Assembly (NCBI GenBank): GCA_965223325.1
Contig: CBDCWI010000001.1
Location: 256,001-320,000 of the forward strand
Direction: 5' to 3'
DNA from: Candidatus Multivoradales bacterium
Lineage (GTDB): Bacteria; Acidobacteriota; Thermoanaerobaculia; Multivoradales; Multivoraceae
Length of the DNA: 64,000 nucleotides
Below, piece after piece: positions 26,821-35,701 of this stretch. The position numbers and the translations under genes were made by a program. Positions within the stretch are counted from its first letter, which is position 1. Each line of letters opens with the position of its first letter. The notes under the pieces are model-generated. The model was not told where the DNA came from. It did no database searches and saw only the letters and a list, made by a program, of their open reading frames with translations.

Positions 26821-29478
26821 ATGCCCCTCGAAGCTGGAGAGTGCCTCGGACCGTATGAAGTCATTGCGCCGCTGGGCGTCGGTGCAATGGGCGAGGTCTA
26901 TCGCGCCGTCGATACGCGCTTGGAACGACAGGTGGCGCTCAAGGTGCTGCCCGAAGACCTGCGTGCCGAGCCCGAACGCCGCGCTCGCTTCGAGCGCGAA
27001 GCACGAGTTCTATCGCGGCTCGAGGATCCACGAGTCTGTCGCCTCTACGATGTTGGAAGCGCCGATGACCGAGACTTCCTGGTCATGGAGCTACTGGAGG
27101 GAGAGTCACTCCGCGACCGCCTCGCACGTGGCCCTCTTGGACACTACGAAGCGATACGAATCGGCCAGCAGATCGCCCAGGGTCTGGCTGCGGTCCATCG
27201 CCAGGGATTGACGCACCGCGACCTGAAGCCCGCCAACATCATGTTGACGGCCAGCGGGGTCAAGCTGGTCGACTTCGGCCTCGCCAGGATGGAGCCTCCC
27301 GCGGCCCATCCCGAGATCACTTCGTCGGGGCAGGTCGTGGGTACCTACCGCTACATGTCACCCGAGCAGGCCCGCGGTGAAAAAGCAGGGCCGGCCTCCG
27401 ACCTGTTCAGTCTCGGCGTCCTGCTCTACGAACTGCTTTCGGGAGAGCGCCCCTTCAAAGCCAATGGACATGCGGAGATGATCTCGGCGCTACTTCGCGA
27501 CGAGCCGCAACCTCTCGAGTCTCATCGGGCCGACCTCCCTCCGAGGTTGGCCGAGGCGGTCCATCGCTGCCTCGCCAAGAAGCCGAAGGATCGCTTCGCG
27601 AGTGCGCTCGAGGTGTCGCGGATCCTCGAGGCCGAGGCCAGCTCCGTCGACGGAACGACCCTGATCTCGGGTGACCGACCCGCACCCGATCAGGCCGCGC
27701 ACCGGCGCAGGTTGCGTTGGGCGGCGGCAGCCATCGTTCTTGGCGCCCTCCTGGCGTTCGGCTGGTTCCTGACCGCTCGCCAGAACAGCTCCTCCGAACC
27801 GGGCTGGTCGCCCTCGACCCCGCCGCTCCAGATCGGCCGAAGAGTCGGCTACTACGGCAATCCGACTCTCGACCCGAGCGGTCGCCTCATCGCCTACGAG
27901 TTCTACGACGGGACCGGCCCCCTGGAAGACCTGCGTCTGTTCCTCTACGACCGACAAACCGGAAGCGAGCGCCAGGTACTGGACTGGTCGTCGTATCAGG
28001 GCACCCCGGCGTTCTCGCCCGAGGGACGCCGGCTCGCCTTCTCCAGCACGGGCCCGGACAACAGTGCCACGGCGAGTCTCTGGACCACAGATCTCGAAAG
28101 CGGCGCGACGCAGCGCTGGACGACCACGCCTGCCTTCTTCCCCGCCTGGTCGCCCGACGGGCGAGAGATCGCATTCTCGACCGGCTACTTCGATCCCCCA
28201 TGGGGTCTCGGCAGAGGTTCCGAGATCGCGGTTCTGGACCTCGGGAGCGGTGAGCTGCGCTACCTCGGTGCGCTCGAAGGCGGAGCCCAACAGCCCGCCT
28301 GGTCTCCAAACGGAAATCTCATTGCCTACTCGGCAATCGATCGTGACCAGACGTACCACATCCGGTTGATCGAAGCCGACGGCAGCGAGGATCGCGCTCT
28401 CACCGACGGACCCGGCCGGGCGCTAACACCGGCGTGGGGCTGTGGTGGCGAATGCCTGTACTTCCTCTCGACAGGAGAGAGCCGGGGCTTCCGCTACTCC
28501 CTCGTCCGCATGCTCATCGACCCCGAGCGGGGAAGCGCACTCTCGGAACCCGAACCAGTTGCCATCGCAGGTTATGTCGAAGACTTCGACGTCGACGACG
28601 TCGGCGACACGCTGCTCTACCTCGAACGTCAGCAACCGAGCCAGCCGTTCCTCGTCGAGGTGCTTGATGACTTCGAACCGGTCGGATCGCCAGAGAGCTT
28701 CATGCCAGCCCACGCGGGTCTGCGCGTGATGGATGTGCAAACCAGCGGTACCCTCGCGGTCTACCGGGAGACGCACGACGCCCCCTACCGCGCGCAGACC
28801 GGACTCGTCGACCTGGGTTCTGGCAGTGCCGAGTTGATCACCAAGGCCGACGTCGAAGTGCTACCGCAAACGTTCAGTGCGGACGATTCGAAGGTCCTGG
28901 TTCTCACCCGCCCGATCGAGAACGGCGGCGTCGCCCAACCACGGCAAACCGCCTGGCTAGACATTTCGAGTCACGACCTGGAGCCGATCGAAGGCTCCGA
29001 GGACATGCTCTGGGTCCACGCCTCCTTCGATCGTCGCTACCTCTCCGGTTCGCTGCAAAGCACCACCGACAAGCAATCGCTCCTACTAGACACCTGGAGC
29101 GACTCGACCGAACCCGTCGCACCGTTTCCGAATCTCGGCCCTGTCCGCATCAGAGCCTGGTCACCGACCGACTACCGAGTCCTCCTCCAAGCCGGTACGT
29201 ATTCCGAACTGCTCATCTGCTCAGTCGACGATCAAGAATGTTCCGAGCCCTTCGAGTGGCCCCACGACCCCAACGGAGACTGGTTCGAGCCTCATCGCAT
29301 TCTGTTCTCGCGTCACGGTGGGTTGATGGTCTGGGATGCCCAAGCAGGCGCGCCAGCGGTTGAGGTTGAATCACCTCTCATCACCGTTGGCAGCCGCTAT
29401 AGCCATGCCCTGCAGGCACTCGTCTTCACCGAAACCTGGGAGCGATCGACGCTCTGGGAAACCCGAGCGCCGAACTAG
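26821..29478 (+). CDS. Ser/Thr protein kinase with TM helix and TolB-like (PD40) beta-propeller
   Basis: LGVGAMGEVYRA, VALK, HRDLKPANIM, DFGLA, YMSPEQ; TM; repeated PAFSPEG/PAWSPDG/PAWSPNG. Confidence 0.92.
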   Translation: MPLEAGECLGPYEVIAPLGVGAMGEVYRAVDTRLERQVALKVLPEDLRAEPERRARFEREARVLSRLEDPRVCRLYDVGSADDRDFLVMELLEGESLRDRLARGPLGHYEAIRIGQQIAQGLAAVHRQGLTHRDLKPANIMLTASGVKLVDFGLARMEPPAAHPEITSSGQVVGTYRYMSPEQARGEKAGPASDLFSLGVLLYELLSGERPFKANGHAEMISALLRDEPQPLESHRADLPPRLAEAVHRCLAKKPKDRFASALEVSRILEAEASSVDGTTLISGDRPAPDQAAHRRRLRWAAAAIVLGALLAFGWFLTARQNSSSEPGWSPSTPPLQIGRRVGYYGNPTLDPSGRLIAYEFYDGTGPLEDLRLFLYDRQTGSERQVLDWSSYQGTPAFSPEGRRLAFSSTGPDNSATASLWTTDLESGATQRWTTTPAFFPAWSPDGREIAFSTGYFDPPWGLGRGSEIAVLDLGSGELRYLGALEGGAQQPAWSPNGNLIAYSAIDRDQTYHIRLIEADGSEDRALTDGPGRALTPAWGCGGECLYFLSTGESRGFRYSLVRMLIDPERGSALSEPEPVAIAGYVEDFDVDDVGDTLLYLERQQPSQPFLVEVLDDFEPVGSPESFMPAHAGLRVMDVQTSGTLAVYRETHDAPYRAQTGLVDLGSGSAELITKADVEVLPQTFSADDSKVLVLTRPIENGGVAQPRQTAWLDISSHDLEPIEGSEDMLWVHASFDRRYLSGSLQSTTDKQSLLLDTWSDSTEPVAPFPNLGPVRIRAWSPTDYRVLLQAGTYSELLICSVDDQECSEPFEWPHDPNGDWFEPHRILFSRHGGLMVWDAQAGAPAVEVESPLITVGSRYSHALQALVFTETWERSTLWETRAPN

Positions 29479-29490
29479 AGGCTCGCGCAT

Positions 29491-29914
29491 TCCCGAGAGC
29501 GCTACCCGCCTCCAAGAAACCATTGCCCCAGCGCAACCACCTACGAACGGCACAAACCTTCCGCAGTCCCTGGCACCGCGGAAAGTGGGCAGAACCACAA
29601 GCGCCAGTCGCCACGCAGACAGCCGCGCCAACAACCACGTCATCCCCCGTTCCAATCCCGGGGAAACGGCCAGTACAGCCTGGCGAGCCGGCAGTGGAAT
29701 GCGCGCGGCGAACCAACGCAGGCCAAAGTCGCAACGACAGGGCGACCACCAACAAAGGCGGCCCACACACCGGACCGCTTGCGCATTCCCCCTCTGAAAT
29801 GATCAGTAGGAGGGGCCGTGGTAACGACAGCGCAATCCCGAGAGCGCTACCCGCCTCCAAAAAACCATTACCCCAGCGCGACCACCTACGAACCGCGACA
29901 AACCACGGCCCCTC
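29491..29914. repeat. Non-coding repeat region downstream of autotransporter A (copy 1)
   Basis: 29729-29914 aligns with 35518-35701; a ~58-nt motif occurs at 29491 and 29836; CTTCCGCAGTCCCTGGCACCG at 29558. Confidence 0.8.
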
Positions 29915-32900
29915 CTACCACTGCTGGCGATACCCAAAGGTCAACGTGTAGAAGTCGAGATCATCACGTGCCAGATCAGTATCGAGCATGAAGTACAGCA
30001 TGCGCGAGCGCTTGAAGGTGAATTGCAAACCAAGCCCGAGGTTGAAGTAGTTGCGATCCGGGCTGTCGGTCAGGAGGCGGAACTGCTGCGCCGAAGTATC
30101 GACGACGAAGGTTCCGGGTATGCCGCGGCTGTCGTTCTCGAACTCGTGGAACCAGGACACCCGCGCGACCGGGTTCATAATCCCCCAACTCTTCGAAACC
30201 GGCAGCGCGGTCTCGAGGCCGATCTCACCGATCGTCGACTCGATGGTCTGAGCGGCGACGGAAACCTCCAGACCGGTGTTGCCGCCTTCGGTGAAGCCAT
30301 CGATCTCGACGCGGCTGCTGGTGGCGCGCACGAAGCCACTGGTGTCGAGACGTCCGAGCTGGAAGTCGTAGCCAAGGCCACCGTTTAGCGACCACTGTTC
30401 GGCGTCTGCTGAACCGTCGGCGTAGTAGACGGTGCGACCGTTCCAGGCCAACGGCAGTTCGATTCGTCGCCTGCTGTCGAAGGTCAGGCTGCCGTAGCTC
30501 AGCGCTCCGTCAGCGTAGAAGCGACCGAACTGCGCACCGCTGTATACCGAGAGCGTGGCACCAGAGGTCTCGAGGCGACCATCGTCGTGACCGATGTCGG
30601 TGCGACTATCGATGTAGCCGAGCGCAGTTCCGATGTACGAGCGCTTCCACTTCCAGTCCAGGCCGGCGGTGACGCCACGGGTACCGATGTCGTAGCCGGG
30701 CTCGACGGCGGTGCGTTCGTGCTCGCCGATCGAGATGCGACCATTGACGAACCAGCCGAGGCGCGATTCGCCGCGCTCGTCGAGCAGATAGTTGGCGTCT
30801 CCCGAACGGTCACCGTCCTGCTCGTTTTCGGAGTCCTGTTCGCTCGCTATGCCCGCCTCCGTGCGAACCTCTTCGAGAGCCCGATCGACGGCTCGGGTTT
30901 CTGCGGCGCCTTCGGCCTCCCACGAATCCAGACCCTGGTCTAGTTGCCCGGCTGAAACACCCTGGCCTTGAATGTCGAAGCCGAGACCCGAAACCCCTGA
31001 CGGCGCGTTACCAGTACGTAGGGCGGTCTGGCGTTGCGTGACGTTCTGCATCTGCGTACGACTCGATGCCAGGGCCACGTCACCCTTGATTGGCAGGCCG
31101 GTCGGGGTGATGGCTGCTACTGCGGAGCGCGTCGCTCCCACGGTGGGCAACGTGTAGAGGTAGTCGCAGAGCTCGGCCATCGTGGCCTCGGGATCAACAC
31201 ACGCCTCGTCGAGGGCGTCGGCAATCGAATCCTCGTCGGGCTGGTCGTCGCCGAAGTGGTCACCGAGATTGCCGCGCACCGAGACCTGAAACTGCACCGT
31301 GGCTGCGCTGTTGCGATCGTGTTCTCGGCCAGCAAGACGGGCGGTAACCGTGACCATTCCGGGAAGCGTCGGCATGCGCACGCGCTGCTCAGAGTCCCCG
31401 CGAGAGTCGGAGCGAGTCAGAGTGCCAGTCTCGAGCGTTGCGACCTCGGTCGACCACTCGATCTCTGCGTTGCCAATTCCCTGATCGTTGGCGTCGATCG
31501 CGCGCACCGCCAGGGTGACCTGTTCTCCGACCTTCGAGGAAAGTTCCGTCTCCTCGGCCACCAGGCGCACGGCTCGGTCGTCGTCCTTGATCGTCACCGC
31601 TCCACCAGAGCCGGCGAACTGCGCCGTGTCACCAGTGAGCAGGGTGACCTCGACCATGAACTTCTCATCGCCTTCGGCCAGATAGTCGTCGAGAATGCCC
31701 ACCCGCACGATGCGCTCACCCGTCTGACCGGCGCCCCAGCTGACAGTCTCGGTACGGCCTTCGAAGTCTTGACCGGCGACAGCACTCATCGAAAGCGCCC
31801 GCAGCTGGACATCGACCGGGCCGGCTGAGTCTCCAGAGAGGAGCAAACGGGCCCCGAGCCGCCGTGCCGACTCGTCGACCGAAGCGGGCAGCTCGACGGT
31901 CAGCACTGGCAGGTCCTGGTCGTCGTCGAGAATCGTCACCGTCGCTCTACTCGAGCCAAGGGTGGCGCCTTGGGGGTTCGATAGCACGACGGTGAAGCTC
32001 TCGATCGCCTCACGCTGGGTGTCGGCAATTACCTCGAGCATGATGACGCGCTCACTCTGACCGGGTGCGAAGCTCACGCTGCCGCTCGTACCGCGGAAGT
32101 CGCTGTTGGCCATTGCGCTGCCACTTTCGAGCGCCCAGTCAACCGTCACCAGTGAAGTCGCGGCTGGCGAGAGGCTGACCTTGACCTCGACGGGCGTCCC
32201 GCCCGCGTCACCTTCGAGAACCTCGACAGGACTCACGGTCAAGACCGAAGTGGTCGGCGGCGGAGATGGAGGCGGTGGCGGTGGCGCTGGCCCGGGGTTG
32301 GTGTCGTCGTTCTTGATCAGGCCAGTGGCACGATCGGCACCGGCTCCCAGGGTCACGCCCTGTGGGTTGCTGAGCACCAGCTCGAAGCTCTCGTTGGGCT
32401 CGACGGCGGTGTCTGAGCGCACCTGCACCGCGACCTTGTTACTGCCGGCCCCCAGTGGCTGGGTTCCCGCTCGTGCCGTGTAGTCGAGCGGCGCCTTGGC
32501 AGTTCCGTCGACCGTCTGGAAGTCGACGCTCGCACCCGGGCTCGGAATTCCAGTGACGACGAGATCGAATTCGAGCACCTGGGTTCCCGAGTCGCCCTCG
32601 GTCAACTCCACATCCCCGACCGAAAGCACCGGCAGCGCGGCGGCGACCGGGTCGATGTCGTTGATGGTGACGTTGATCACGGGAACCGGCACGTTGAGGT
32701 AGGTGGGATTCCAATTGGTGATCTCGAGCTGCATCGTTTCAGCACCCGGCTCGTCGATGCCGTCGTGAAAAATGTCGACCGTCAAGAAGGCACCCGAGTC
32801 GATACCGCGCACCGGCCCAGGGCACACCTCGACCGAGCGGCCGGTGAAGCCTTCGAAGTCTTCGCCAGCAACTGCAGAGCCGTTGACTGTCTTGTAGGTG

Positions 32901-35200
32901 ATGAACGAGCAGGCTGCCGGGTCAGCGTCGAAGAAGATCGGGAGCTCGAGCGTCGTAACCATGCCCTCCTGCTCGTCGACCACCTGATCGGTTACCGAAA
33001 GAGAGACCGGCACGATGGTTTCGACATCGAGGATCGTGCCCAGGGCCTCGACGTTGGCAAGCACAATGAAGTCATCTCCGCCCGTAGCCGTATTGATCTC
33101 GCTGATGCGAATGAAGAACTGTTCATCGCCCTCGACGTCCGTGTCGTCCAGGAGCGGCACCGCGATCTCGGCATTCAGCGCGCCGGCCGAGATCTTGTGG
33201 TGACCACCCGTTGAGGGCGTACGCACGGTGTAGTCAGACCCGCCCGTCGCCGTACGATCCTCGGTGTAGTAGTCGACGTCGATCTCGAAGTCGACGGCCG
33301 GCGAGATGGTCACCGGGAACTTGATGAACGCTTGATCCTCGGACTGGGTCGCATTCCCGATGGTCACCACCGTCTTGTCGTCATCGTCGAGGATGCCGGC
33401 CTGCACGCTGGACGGGAACGAGGCAGCTCCGCTGACGCTCAAGTTGATATCGAAGGTCTCCAGCGCCGGCTCGTCGCGGTCATCGGCGAAGATTTCGATC
33501 TCAAAGCCATGGACGCGATTCGTCATGGTGACGAGCTGCGGATTGACCGGGTCGACCACATCGGCCGCACTCGCCTGGCCGGCTCCGGTACCGAGCGTAA
33601 GCGTCCAGGTCACATCGACCGACTCACCCGCCGGTGGAGTACCGTCGAGCTCGAGCCGCACCGGCAGCTTGGTTGTCGTCCCACTGGTGCCCTCGACGAC
33701 CTGGCCGACGACAACCGCCAGGTTCGGCAGGTCATCGTCGACGATGGTGAAGGTGTGTTCCGCGGGGCCTACCAACTCGGCGCCAATGACCTCGACGATG
33801 CGAATGGTGAAGGTTTCGTCGCCTTCCCAGAGAGAATCCTGGGTCGCCCCGAAGGTCGGATTGAACGTTGCGTTGGGGCCGAAACCGCCACTGAACGTGT
33901 GACTGCCCGAGCCATCGCTGAAATCAACGCCGCGCTCAGCGCTTCCTGAAACGAACTGCCACTCGACGAACACCGTGTCCGTCGGCCCCATGCCGTTGGC
34001 CTCGATCGGCACACCACTTCCGACCCCCTCGGTGGTACTCGAGGTAGGACCGGTACCGAAGAAAACCGTCGTGGGTGGCGCACTGTCGTCGTCGAGAATA
34101 TGGCCGACGGCGGGTGTCGACGAGACGTTGAGCCACGGTGCCGGCGTCTGCGCAGTCAGGCCAACCTGAAACGACTCGGGGCCTTCTAGTGTGTTGTCAT
34201 TCTTGACTTCGACAAGCAGATCTTTAGCCAGCAAGCCCGCCTCGAGCACGAAGATCCCACCATCGGCAATCTGCGGGATGTAGTCCTGGCTCTGCGCCGA
34301 CACGTTGCCATAGTTGACGATCAGCTGGATGTCGGGGTGATCTGCCCGATCGGCTTCAACACGGAAGCGGAGAAACTCCTGCGGATCGGGTGGGTTGTGT
34401 TCCTGCGCACTGGCGCTCCGGATGACCACGGACACCTGGTCGTTGTCGGAGATCGTTGCCTGTTCTGAGAACGGCGTGAGGGTATAAGCCGGGTGCGAGA
34501 CGCCGTCGACAACGATGGTGAACGTCTCGTCGTCCTCCACCGCATCGTCATCGGTCGTGTTGATGTTGATGCTGAAAAAGGTGTTGCCGGCCGGCACAGT
34601 CATCGAACCGGGTTGGAGGTCGGTGTAGTCCGCGCCCGGAGAGGCACTTCCGGGTTCGAGGTGGTAGAAGACCTTGAACTCAGGGCCGGGGCCCGGACTG
34701 ATCGAGAAGTCGGCGCTGATGGGGTTGCCTTCGGTGACGGCCAACGCCCCCGGCGAAGTCACCGAAGTAATCGTCCGCGAGTCATCGTCGGTGATTGTCA
34801 TCAAGATCGACGCGGTACCCCGCAACGCACCGCTTGGATTGCTCAGCACCACCGCGAACTGCTCGTCTTCTTCCCAGGTGCTGTCGTCGGAGAGGTCGAC
34901 ACAGCCCGTCGCCTGATCCCCGACGTTAGGAAGGCTCAGCGACTGGGAAGTCACCGAGATGTAGTCGCCACCGCCGGCGCTCAGGGATTCGGTCGACCAG
35001 TTGACGGTCGCCGGTCCTGGCGCCCGAGCGACCTGGCGAAGCTCGACAGTGAAACAGATGTTGGACGCCGACTCCACCGCAACCGGAGCCGGCCCCACCG
35101 CCACGATTTCGTAGTCCTGCGCTACGACCGGAGCGGCACAGAGCAGCCCGAGCAAGAGGCAGAAACCAACGAATCGAAACACCAGACCACGGGAGGACAT
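29915..35200 (-). CDS. Calx-beta repeat autotransporter (paralog A)
   Basis: Signal peptide; about 10 Calx-beta units (TxDGTA...DY...DDxxxExxExF...TIxDDD); Ig-like domain; C-terminal beta-barrel ending FGYRQQW. Confidence 0.9.
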   Translation of the reverse strand: MSSRGLVFRFVGFCLLLGLLCAAPVVAQDYEIVAVGPAPVAVESASNICFTVELRQVARAPGPATVNWSTESLSAGGGDYISVTSQSLSLPNVGDQATGCVDLSDDSTWEEDEQFAVVLSNPSGALRGTASILMTITDDDSRTITSVTSPGALAVTEGNPISADFSISPGPGPEFKVFYHLEPGSASPGADYTDLQPGSMTVPAGNTFFSININTTDDDAVEDDETFTIVVDGVSHPAYTLTPFSEQATISDNDQVSVVIRSASAQEHNPPDPQEFLRFRVEADRADHPDIQLIVNYGNVSAQSQDYIPQIADGGIFVLEAGLLAKDLLVEVKNDNTLEGPESFQVGLTAQTPAPWLNVSSTPAVGHILDDDSAPPTTVFFGTGPTSSTTEGVGSGVPIEANGMGPTDTVFVEWQFVSGSAERGVDFSDGSGSHTFSGGFGPNATFNPTFGATQDSLWEGDETFTIRIVEVIGAELVGPAEHTFTIVDDDLPNLAVVVGQVVEGTSGTTTKLPVRLELDGTPPAGESVDVTWTLTLGTGAGQASAADVVDPVNPQLVTMTNRVHGFEIEIFADDRDEPALETFDINLSVSGAASFPSSVQAGILDDDDKTVVTIGNATQSEDQAFIKFPVTISPAVDFEIDVDYYTEDRTATGGSDYTVRTPSTGGHHKISAGALNAEIAVPLLDDTDVEGDEQFFIRISEINTATGGDDFIVLANVEALGTILDVETIVPVSLSVTDQVVDEQEGMVTTLELPIFFDADPAACSFITYKTVNGSAVAGEDFEGFTGRSVEVCPGPVRGIDSGAFLTVDIFHDGIDEPGAETMQLEITNWNPTYLNVPVPVINVTINDIDPVAAALPVLSVGDVELTEGDSGTQVLEFDLVVTGIPSPGASVDFQTVDGTAKAPLDYTARAGTQPLGAGSNKVAVQVRSDTAVEPNESFELVLSNPQGVTLGAGADRATGLIKNDDTNPGPAPPPPPPSPPPTTSVLTVSPVEVLEGDAGGTPVEVKVSLSPAATSLVTVDWALESGSAMANSDFRGTSGSVSFAPGQSERVIMLEVIADTQREAIESFTVVLSNPQGATLGSSRATVTILDDDQDLPVLTVELPASVDESARRLGARLLLSGDSAGPVDVQLRALSMSAVAGQDFEGRTETVSWGAGQTGERIVRVGILDDYLAEGDEKFMVEVTLLTGDTAQFAGSGGAVTIKDDDRAVRLVAEETELSSKVGEQVTLAVRAIDANDQGIGNAEIEWSTEVATLETGTLTRSDSRGDSEQRVRMPTLPGMVTVTARLAGREHDRNSAATVQFQVSVRGNLGDHFGDDQPDEDSIADALDEACVDPEATMAELCDYLYTLPTVGATRSAVAAITPTGLPIKGDVALASSRTQMQNVTQRQTALRTGNAPSGVSGLGFDIQGQGVSAGQLDQGLDSWEAEGAAETRAVDRALEEVRTEAGIASEQDSENEQDGDRSGDANYLLDERGESRLGWFVNGRISIGEHERTAVEPGYDIGTRGVTAGLDWKWKRSYIGTALGYIDSRTDIGHDDGRLETSGATLSVYSGAQFGRFYADGALSYGSLTFDSRRRIELPLAWNGRTVYYADGSADAEQWSLNGGLGYDFQLGRLDTSGFVRATSSRVEIDGFTEGGNTGLEVSVAAQTIESTIGEIGLETALPVSKSWGIMNPVARVSWFHEFENDSRGIPGTFVVDTSAQQFRLLTDSPDRNYFNLGLGLQFTFKRSRMLYFMLDTDLARDDLDFYTLTFGYRQQW

Positions 35201-35376
35201 TGTGAGGGCACCACAGCGGGAAGGAATAGGAACGCATGAACACGGCCCATGCACGAATAGCCATTTTAACGTATTTATCGAAAAAAATCACGTTTTTCTT
35301 GTACTCCTAGCCCGAAAACACCCCTGGCCACCCAAACACCGGCCAGAAAGGCCCAACACCGCCCCTCCCAAGGAAG

Positions 35377-35701
35377 CTTCCGCAGTCCCTGGCACCGAGC
35401 CGGCACCGAGGCGCAGCAGCACCGGCGGCGCGGAAGCTTCCGCAGTCCCTGGCACCGAGGCGCAGCACCGAGGCGCAGCAGCACCGCGGCGCGCAACGGG
35501 ACCGGGGAAGGCCTCGATCGCAACGACAGAGCGACCACCATCAAAGGCGGCCCGCCCACCGGACCGCTTGCACATTCCCCTCTCTAGTGATCAGGAGGAG
35601 GGGCGGTGGCAACGACCAGCCAATCTCGAGAGCGTGACCCGCCTCCAAGAATCCCTGCCCCGAGGCGACCACCTACGAACCGCGATAAACCACGGTCCCT
35701 C
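35377..35701. repeat. Non-coding repeat region downstream of autotransporter B (copy 2)
   Basis: 35518-35701 homologous to 29729-29914; CTTCCGCAGTCCCTGGCACCG at 35377 and 35437; GCACCGAGGCGCAGCA sub-repeats. Confidence 0.8.
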
